Source: Eledone cirrhosa
Lineage: Eukaryota
Direction of reading: 5' to 3'
DNA: 64,000 nucleotides
Assembly: GCA_964016885.1 (NCBI GenBank)
Contig: OZ024742.1
Coordinates: 13,764,001 to 13,828,000 of the forward strand
The notes under the pieces are model-generated. The model saw nothing but the letters and a program-made list of their open reading frames with translations, searched no databases and was not told where the DNA came from. This document shows, in pieces, positions 54,712 to 64,000 of this stretch (position 1 is the first letter of the stretch; each line of letters opens with the position of its first letter). The position numbers and the translations under genes were made by a program.

Positions 54712-55308
54712 ATGTATGTATCCCAGTACAACCTGTCTCATGGTCGGGTCGTTGGCGACTAAACTGGCAACCCCACCAAGGTTTCTTGGTGAGGAGGGTG
54801 ACTTTGAACATCCTGCAGGACTAAAAACAAAACCTGTCAAAGGGCAAAGGAGCTCTTAAGAGTCAATGGCCATCCAAAATCACCGGGAGAGATGACCCCT
54901 TAGCCTTTGTCAAGGCAGAATTCTAGGAGAAGGAAAACTCTGATATAACACCTGCAACCCTGATGGTATCCAATGATGTTGACTTGTTCTTCTTTTTGGT
55001 AAATATCATCTTGGTTAAGAGAGTGGGACTGGCTTTGTGCAGTACCTTTGCTCACTATAAAAGCTTCACGGCACAGGCATTGCTTTATATCTGGAGATCT
55101 CTCTACACTTGTCGTCACATGGTACCATGAGCCCAGCACTATGTGTCAATAATAATTGTCAATAATTGTCACAAGTGTAGTGTTTGTACCAGAGTTTTCA
55201 AGTCGCTGGCTGCACTAAAAAGTCACACTCGTTCAGCGCATCGGTAGGGGTTCTCCTACATGGATATAAAGTAGTGGCCGTACTCGAAAACGAGTTGGCA
55301 GCCACCAT
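54712..55308 (+). mobile_element. RTE-like non-autonomous element, family A
   Basis: Near identity to 21135-21712. Confidence 0.65.
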
Positions 55309-55793
55309 ATGTATGTGTATAGTAAACAAACTATGAAGGATAAGATAGAAAAGTGATAAGAAATTGAAATCATTTCATCAAAGTGAATATATTGACTAGA
55401 CAATATATTACATCGTTGTAACTTAAGGCTGCTCCTGTACTAATAATCTATGATATACTTACTACATACTAGTTCTTTAGTAGTTGGATGTTGTTGTTGT
55501 TACCTCCCTCTCTCTCCCTCTATATATATATATATACACTCATACACATATATATATATATGTATACACATACATGTATATATACACACACAGAGACATA
55601 TATATGTGTGTGTCTATGTGTGTGTGTCTGTGTATGTGTGTGTATGTGTGTGTGTGTATGTGTGTGTGTGTGTGTGTCTGTCTGTTTGTGTGTATGTCTG
55701 TCTCTCTGTGTGTGTGTATGTGTGTGTGTGTGTGTGTGTATGTCTGTCTGTGTGTGTATGTGTATGTGTGTGTGTGTGTATGTCTGTCTGTGT

Positions 55794-55841
<48 letters not shown>

Positions 55842-56095
55842 TTCATTCTCTAATTTTAAATTTAACATTTTCTTTACTTTGCTATCACCTTCTAATATTC
55901 GTTCTGTGTAAAATTGTTTTCTAGTTTTGGCATGAAGCCATAAGTGTCTGGGTGGGGGGGGGGGGGGGATATATAGAGAGAGAGAGAGAGGAAGAGAGGT
56001 ATAGAGTGATATATATGTATATATCACTCTCTCTCTCTATATATATATATAGAGAGAGAGAGAGTGATATATATATATGAGAAAGAGAGATATCA

Positions 56096-56151
<56 letters not shown>

Positions 56152-57044
56152 TGATATATATATATATATATATATCACTCTCTCTCTATATATATATATA
56201 TGAGAGAGAGAGAGAAGACCGCTAACTATATGTCGTATCTCAACACATCACGTTTCATATATAAGGATGTAAATGTCAGAAAAATGTCAAGACTGTAATG
56301 TGACCATCACTTATTGTTATTGACACAAGAGGAGAAATGGCACAACTTGTAACCTGAGTAATACTCCAGAATATTCAGACAAGCAACTGGGACACTCATC
56401 CTCGAAACCGGCGAAAGATCTACAATATCTGTTAAACATAGTATGTCTACTATATTTTACAAACAGAAGTTATACCATAATGGAATTACTGGTTTCTGAT
56501 TTAGGCACAAAGCCAACAATTTTGGGAGAGGAGGAAGTCGATTAAATCTACCCAATACATTACTGGTACTTTATTTCATCGACCCTGTAAGGAACTCTCT
56601 TTCCTATAGTCATCATTACCAGCAAATGAGGAGAGTCGACAGAGCGTCGGAGTGACTGTCTTGCGGTATTTGTTCCGGCTGTCGGCTCCTTGAGTTTGCT
56701 TTTCGTCCATTCAGGATCCAAGAAATAATGTACAACTCCAAGTTAGTGGAATGGTGGAATTGTTAGAGTGCCAGACGAGATATCTGGTGCCATCTGCTCT
56801 GGCTCTTTGTATTCTGAGTTCAAATTCTCCTGGGGACTCCAATCCTTCCACTGGCTGGCCATAATATTGTCCATCACGTTCCAAGACAATGGGTCAATGA
56901 GGACCACCACAATCTACTGTAATATCTCGCTGAAATCGGACAGGCCTTGCATTGTCTCACAACTTGGCTATGGATTCAGGGGCTTTACAGACGAACTTGT
57001 TTTAGAGTATATCCAGGGAGAGCCCCACACAAAAACCCCGATTA

Positions 57045-57271
57045 CGAGGGTCGGATGAAAAGTATATAAATATATATACACGGCTAAAATGTTTATAGGC
57101 TGACCAAGATACTCTCATAGAATTGACCAAATGAGGTTTATTTTTCAACATAGTCCCTGGAAAGAAACAATGCAGTTATTAATAAGAATTGTTGAAATTA
57201 ATGCATGAAAGATTTCACAGCCTAGCATCAATCCTTCATAATCCACCTAAGAATTTTTCAGTCGACCCTCG
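57045..57271 (+). mobile_element. Tc1/mariner-type MITE
   Basis: TA|CGAGGGTCGGATGAAAA ... TTTTCAGTCGACCCTCG|TA; second copy inverted at 60268-60454. Confidence 0.75.
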
Positions 57272-59084
57272 TACTATGTTGCTTCACAGCCATTGAAAGT
57301 GTCCTTTGGTTTCTTTCCTCCTGTTTAGAAAATCATTGTTCAAATAAGCTGAAACTAAATTAATATGAATTAAATTTAATTAATTCTATATTTGTTTATT
57401 CGTTCGCCACCATCCCAAGGTTATGAGCAGTGTATGTATTCTGGTGCTGACTCTGTTTCTTGGATTTTTACAAAACAACAGAAACCTAAATCCCTCTAAA
57501 ACGATTAATATTGACCAAATTCTCGCCAAACCACTGTTACTTTGTTACTACTAGTGGCAATAAATATATATAGATATGATGTAATATTCTGAAACTAAAA
57601 AAATCAATCTGTGAACGCAGAAGTAAATATTTCGAAAAACGTTGCAACCGAAGGAAAACAGGAAGACGATATGTCTTCCTGCTAGGTACGGGTATGTTCT
57701 TTGTAGAAATATTCAAGTGTTGTTTATGCATGATGAATATGAGTCAATAGAGTGCTCAACCGAGGGAGCTAAATAGTAATAATAATAAATGTGAAGACTA
57801 AAATCCAAAGAGGGCTCGATATGGATAAATGTATATCAAATATATAAGAACCCTTATATATATTGATGTAATATTAACTAGGTCCTCTCTATACCACTGT
57901 CACTTTGTTACTACTAGTAGCAATAAAAATATATATTAATGTAATAATACATTTGACTGAAACTTTGCTGTCCAATTTTCCACCATAAATAATTTTCGTT
58001 TTTCTTTTCGTTGTTTTATATTTTTAAGATTTCATTTTGTTTAGCTTTATTTTATTTTTTTTAATATTACCATTAACATTGACATTGTCAGAATTATCAG
58101 ATGGTCTTTTATCGTTTTACTTCCTGTAATGAAAATGGTTGAAATGGATGAAAAAAGAACGAAAGAGAAGAGATAAGGAGAAGAAAATACAAAGAAAGAA
58201 ACAATCAAAGAAATTAATAAAAAGAGACAAAGAGAGCTAAAGTGATTTAATTAACTTCAACCTCCAATGAACCATTCTTTAGTCCGTTATTGTTCTCTAG
58301 AGAGAAGTTCCTTCCCCACCAACTCCTCACCATCACTTAATCGCCGCTCACCAAGTTCTATCTTGTTTGTGTTGTGTCATTCTCTTATCTCGTTAAGCTC
58401 TCCAACATAGTTCGGCTAACCATTGTGCCATTTTAAAAATCATTACTGTAATTTACTGGCCAAATTACCAATATTTAATAGCATTACCAGTCAGAAATAA
58501 ATGTCCATTCTTGCCAGGAAATTCCGCTGTGAACTTTTACAACCATCATATTATACAACTACTGTTATTATTCTCCAATTTACTCTCAAACATTATCATC
58601 ACTGCCAAACGGTGACTGCTATCACAGCTGGCTAAAATACACTTATCTATTACTACAGTTGTTGAAAAACATGTCATTATAGACGTATTTCACTAAATAA
58701 CACATCGTTACTATCAATATATCCAAACTACATATTTCTCTATTCACATAGAACTTCATTTTAAACTATTATCAACGCTGATAAAGTCTTAAAACCCCCT
58801 AACCCAGATTTCACATAATTACAATGGTTATCACTTTAACACATCATGAATCATACATCTGTCTAAACCACAAACTAATTCTAATAGAGCTGCAAAGATT
58901 TCACACGTAATTGCACAGATTCTACACATAATTATTTCATGTGTGCATATTAGTCCCCATATAAGTTGAGTTGCGAAAGAAATAAAAATGTGTATGGTAT
59001 TCATGTCCTTCGCTTAAGAATTAGTAATGTAGGTGAAACGGCTACTATTGGAAGATTAAAGAGGGCTTCTTAAAATTCACTAAA

Positions 59085-59860
59085 GGTCGTAAGGGAAGGT
59101 GTTGCACTTGCGATCATAATATCGTGGGTTCGATTCCTGGACTGGGTTGTGTTGTGTTCTTGAGCAAAACACTTTATTTCACGTTGCTCCAGTATAATCA
59201 GCTGAAAATGTGTACCAGCAATAGCTGGGAGTTTAAGCCTGTGATGGACTGGCGGCCTTTCCAGTGGGTGGTTGTGTACCAGCAATAGCTGGGAGTTTAA
59301 CCCTGTGATGGACTGGCGTCCTGCCCAGTGGGTGGTTGTGTACCAGCAATAGCTGGGAGTTTAACCCTGTGATGGACTGGCGTCCTTTCCAGTGGGTGGT
59401 TGTGTACTAGCAATAGCTGGGAGTTTAACCCTGTGATGGACTGGCGTCCTTTCCAGTGGGTGGTTGTGTACCAGCAATAGCTGGGAGTTTAACCCTGTGA
59501 TGGACTGGCGTCCTTTCCAGTGGGTGGTTGTGTACCAGCAATAGCTGGGAGTTTAACCCTGTGATGGACTGGCGTCCTGCGCAGTGGGTGGTTGTGTACC
59601 AGCAATAGCTGGGAGTTTAACCCTGTGATGGACTGGCATCCTTTCCAGTGGGTGGTTGTGTACCAGCAATAGCTGGGAGTTTAACCCTGTGATGGACTGG
59701 TGTCCTGCCCAGTGGGTGGTTGTGTACCAGCAATAGCTGGGAGTTTAACCCTATGATGGACTGGCGTCTTTTCCAGTGGGGTGTCTTGTACTCTCAGTTG
59801 CTTCACACCACAGAAACCAGGATAAGCACTGGCCTGATGATCCTTCGGGCTTGAGACGGA
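59085..59860 (+). mobile_element. SINE (CORE-like + V-domain-like) with an internal 64-bp tandem amplification
   Basis: GGTTCGATTCC B-box, TTGAGCAAAACACTTTATTTCACG, then nine copies of a unit containing AACCCTGTGATGGACTGGCGTCC, then the SINE tail. Confidence 0.8.
59209..59779. repeat. 64-bp minisatellite, 9 copies
   Basis: TGTACC recurs at 59211, 59275, 59339 and onward every 64 bp. Confidence 0.95.
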
Positions 59861-60267
59861 CTTCAGACTGAGGCTATGAAAACCACGTTCTCATTTCTCG
59901 CCCAACTATGAGACATTGTAGCAGACACAGGACCAGCAATTTGGGGAAGGGAAAAGTTGGCTATATCAACCCAGTATTTAACTGGTACTTTATTTTATTT
60001 CCCTCAAAAAAATAAAAGGCAAACTTGAGCTGGACGGGATTTGAACGAAAAACCTAGAAAGTATTTAACTATGGAAAGAAATAAGGATTTACTCAATATT
60101 TATGTACTTCGCTGAGATAGATAATTGTTTCTACTTTTGGCACAAGGCCAGCAATTATATTTTAGATAATACCATGTACTTTATATTTTAGATAATACCA
60201 TGTACTTGGTGACGTAGATCATATCGTTACTTTGGGACATTTAAAGTGATCTTCAAATTCGCTAATA

Positions 60268-60454
60268 CGAGGATAGGATTACTATGAAAGATTGATGCTA
60301 AAGCTGTGAAATCTTGCATGCATTAATTTCAACTCTTCTTATCAATAACTACATTGTTTCTTTCCAGGGATTATGTTTAAAAATAAACCTCATTTAAGAG
60401 TATCTTGTTCAGCCTATGAACTTTTCAGCCTATGAACTTTTCAGCCGACCCTCA
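60268..60454 (-). mobile_element. Tc1/mariner-type MITE, second copy
   Basis: Reverse-complement similarity to 57045-57271; TA flanks. Confidence 0.7.
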
Positions 60455-61734
60455 TAATTTACTATAAAAGTCATGTCGTCACTACACACTCAACAATAAT
60501 GATTTGTAATTTAGATACAAGGTAAAGTCGATTATATGGGGAAGGTAAAGTCGATTATATCGACCCCAGTACTTGACTAGTACTTATTTTATGGACCCCC
60601 GAAATTGATCTCGGCAGAATTAAACGAAGAAGGCGAAATGTCGTAACGAAATACCACAATATTTGGCCAGGAGTTGCGACTGGTAGATAATATCAGCAAA
60701 GGAAAGATTAATGGAAACATTGTTTCCTCGGTCCGATTTACCCAACTCGGTAAGCGAATAAGGTGTGGGATCTTGTCGATCAGTTTCTATTCTATAGTGT
60801 TTAGTACAAATTAGTGTTTAGTACAAATCTTTGAAACCCACAATTAGATACAACACGTGTTCACCATAGGTTATTTGCAGACAAAACCACCCTCCATAGA
60901 TTAAACAATAATGAATGAAATTATTGTGTACAGTGCTCAGGTGCACTACAACTCATCAAAGATGCATGTATAGTACATAGAATAATATATAAATGTCAGG
61001 GAAGTGAATAGTGAATGAGTCATGATATACATGTTTGCACGTGTGTGGAGGGGGAATATTAGGTGTAGCGTTGGCGAATCTCAGGAAGCATGGAGGTTTT
61101 AAAGGATGCAGTGTCTCGACAGATTGTTTTAAATCATCTTGTTTTACATGTTAAACACTGCCGGGGAGAGATTTTATTTAATTACTTGAATAATCACAGC
61201 TTCTTCAGTTCACTATATTTGAGCTCAGAACATAAAAGGCTTTCAACTAAACACCACAGTATGTTTCCCAACACAATAACTATTCTACCAACACACCTCG
61301 CTTAGCCAGGCAAATAATGGTTTCTGATTTAGGCACAAGGACAACAATTTGAAGGGAAAGGGGGAAGTCGATTAAATCAACCCCAGTGCATTACTGGTAC
61401 TTTATTTCTCGACCCCGTAAGAATAAAAGGCAAAGCTAACGTCAGCGGAATTTGAACTCAGAACGTAAAGGGATGTAACTATATGCCGCAAAGCAGGTTG
61501 TCTGGCACTCTACCGATTACTAACACCACCAACACCACCACCCTTTAGTCAGGCAAATAATGGTTTCTTATAAAGGCACAAGGCCAGCAATTTTGGGGAA
61601 GGGGGAAAGTCGATTAAATCGACCCCAGTACGTGACTGGTACTGTATTTTATCGACCCCGTAAGGATGAATGGCAAAGTTAACCTCGGCAGGATTTGAAC
61701 TCAGATCGTAAACGACCGTAACTCTATTCTGCAA

Positions 61735-61870
61735 AGCATGGCGACCGACCCTCTACTGATACTGCCAATCCACCGCCCTAGCATGGCGACCGACCCTCTA
61801 CCGATACTGCCAATCCACCGCCCTAGCATGGCGACCGACCCTCTACCGATACTGCCAATCCACCGCCCTA
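61735..61870 (-). repeat. 45-bp triplication of a SINE head
   Basis: AGCATGGCGACCGACCCTCTACYGATACTGCCAATCCACCGCCCT at 61735, 61780 and 61825. Confidence 0.9.
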
Positions 61871-62807
61871 AGTCAGGCAAATAATGAGAAATATCCCTGC
61901 GATGAAAGGTAAGAAGATGTAATCAAAGTTGAGTATTGAACACTGCCATGTAGATTTACTAGTGTATGTAACATGGCCACATGGTTAAAGAGGTTCACTT
62001 CACAATCATTAGGTCCCAGGTTCGATACTGTTGTGAGAAATATTGGGCAAGTATAATTTACCATAGCCTCGGGTATACCCATGTCTTGTGAGCGAAACTG
62101 GGGTAGATGGAAACCCGTTGGAAGCCCGTCGGATGGAATGTACCAGTAATTCCATGGGCCAGTCTTCTCATACTTTGTTACGCTGACTCTCCCTGAGAAT
62201 TTTGCTTAGAGTAGAGATGTCTGTGGAATACTCAACCAATTTAAGATGAACGCAGCATTGTCAAACGGTTAAGAGGTTCGTTTCGCAATAATTAAGTCCC
62301 AGGATCAATCCCACAACGTGGCTTCTTGGTCAAATGTCATTTACCATGACCACGGGTCAACCTATGCCTTGTGGGTGAAACTTGGCAGACAGAGACCATT
62401 TAAAAGCCTATCAGGAGGATTGTATCTATAAGACAAAGGACCAGATGTGTCATACACTCTATCACGCTGAATTGTGATGAGAATTACTTTAAGGCTACAC
62501 GTGTGAGTGAAATATTCAATCACTTAGACGTTAATTTCATGAACAAGCTGTTCCGTTAGTCAAACAACTGGAACACTCATCGTAGAAACTGGTGGAGGAA
62601 CATTCTTTCTTTGCTGATTCTACAAATAAATTCTATCAGAACCACAAGAACGTCTTGGCGAGAATGGATGTCGATTAATTGATTCCTCTACTGGAATGGT
62701 ATTTAGTTTATCAACTCTGAAGGATAAAATATTAACTCAACATCAGCGGCATTTGAACTGAGAACGTAAACTGCCACCAAACATTTGAGCTGTGTTTTGA
62801 CCTTCAT

Positions 62808-63000
62808 ATGGCTTAGTGGTTAGTGTGTTGAGCTGACAGTCATGAGGTTGTGAGTTTGATTCCCGGAGCGAGCGATGTGTTGTGCCCTGGAGCAAGACAC
62901 TTTATTTCACGTTGCTCTACCAGTTTACTCAGCTGTAGAAATGAGTTGCGACGTCACTGGTGCCAAAATGTGTCGGCCTTTGTCTTTCCCTTGAACAACA
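62808..63000 (+). mobile_element. CORE-like SINE, 3'-truncated
   Basis: Similar to 2488-2680. Confidence 0.8.
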
Positions 63001-63078
63001 TCACATATGGTGTGTATGTGTGTGTGTATATATATATATATAATACAATACCTAGTGTATATATAGTGTATTTATATA

Positions 63079-63207
63079 TATTACAAATGTTTCTCCGGCG
63101 AACAGCTAAGGAACTTGCGAATCGAGAGGAACTTGCGAATCCAGAGTCAGGTTCGATCCACAAACAGATCGTACCTCGAGCTGTTCGCCGGAGAAACATT
63201 TGTAATA
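63079..63207. repeat. Perfect 29-bp inverted repeat with a 71-bp spacer
   Basis: TATTACAAATGTTTCTCCGGCGAACAGCT at 63079-63107 and its reverse complement at 63179-63207. Confidence 0.9.
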
Positions 63208-63336
63208 CGTAATAAATTTGTGTTCCGATGCATCACTGATTCTTCGTTTTCCATATTATCATACTCTGCTCCGAAGGAGCATAGAGTGCTCAACCGGCAT
63301 ACCGCCTATGGACGCATCCAAGCAACCTTACCACAA

Positions 63337-63399
<63 letters not shown>

Positions 63400-63602
63400 T
63401 TCTGTTGCTTCACCATTTTGTTTGTTTACCCTCGCGTCCCCTTTATTTACGTGTCCCAACGACTTTTTTTAGCCGTTGCTCGCACCAACCGGAGGTATAT
63501 GGTCTTTAAAGCGATGAAATGCTTATGATGGTTGGAAGACCACTGATGAAGGACACACTTTTTTCATATGTAACCCATTTGCAACTCCGCAGCGTCCTTA
63601 TT

Positions 63603-63685
<83 letters not shown>

Positions 63686-64000
63686 TATATATATAATTGT
63701 TTCTATTTTAGGCACAAGGCCAGAAATTACCCAGTCCATTACTGGTACTTTATTTTATCGACCCCGTAAGGATGAAAGGCAAAGTTAACTTCGGCGGGAT
63801 TTGAACTCAGATCATAAAGGGACGTAACGCTATGCTTCAAAGCATGGTACCCGACTCTCTACCGATACTGCCAATCCACCGCCCTTATATATATATAATA
63901 AGAAGTTGACGGACCCAGCATAGGTATCACTGCTAGGACCGGTTACATCTCAGCCTACTCAATAGGCAATGTAAAATACACTCCCAGAGTATACACATAG

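Noticed and set aside
59209-59779. CRISPR-like 64-bp periodicity
   Set aside because: Whole units are near-identical and derive from a SINE.

Overview
AT-rich, microsatellite-dense eukaryotic DNA. The repeat content suggests an invertebrate, probably an octopus or other cephalopod (inference). Most ORF-track entries are translations of simple repeats. Recognisable content: (i) two Penelope-like retroelements (PLEs; reverse transcriptase plus C-terminal GIY-YIG endonuclease), a truncated and frameshifted copy at ~10.85-12.73 kb and a young copy with a long open ORF and ~1 kb inverted pLTR at ~50.66-54.35 kb; (ii) a decayed Chapaev3-type (CMC) DNA transposon with CAC..GTG TIRs and a TAA TSD; (iii) non-autonomous Helitron-like elements, mariner-like MITEs, many tRNA-derived SINEs and RTE-like non-autonomous elements; (iv) large minisatellites (38-bp, 10-bp, an ~11 kb 33-bp array, 69-bp, and a 64-bp array inside a SINE); (v) a few candidate host exons. 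The main unexplained signal is nine candidate minimal type-I hammerhead ribozymes in four sequence families. They lie in the PLE termini and in short non-coding elements that share one architecture (inverted 5' copy + body + constant 3' tail) and sit in (TA)n tracts. All alignments and folds were done by eye.
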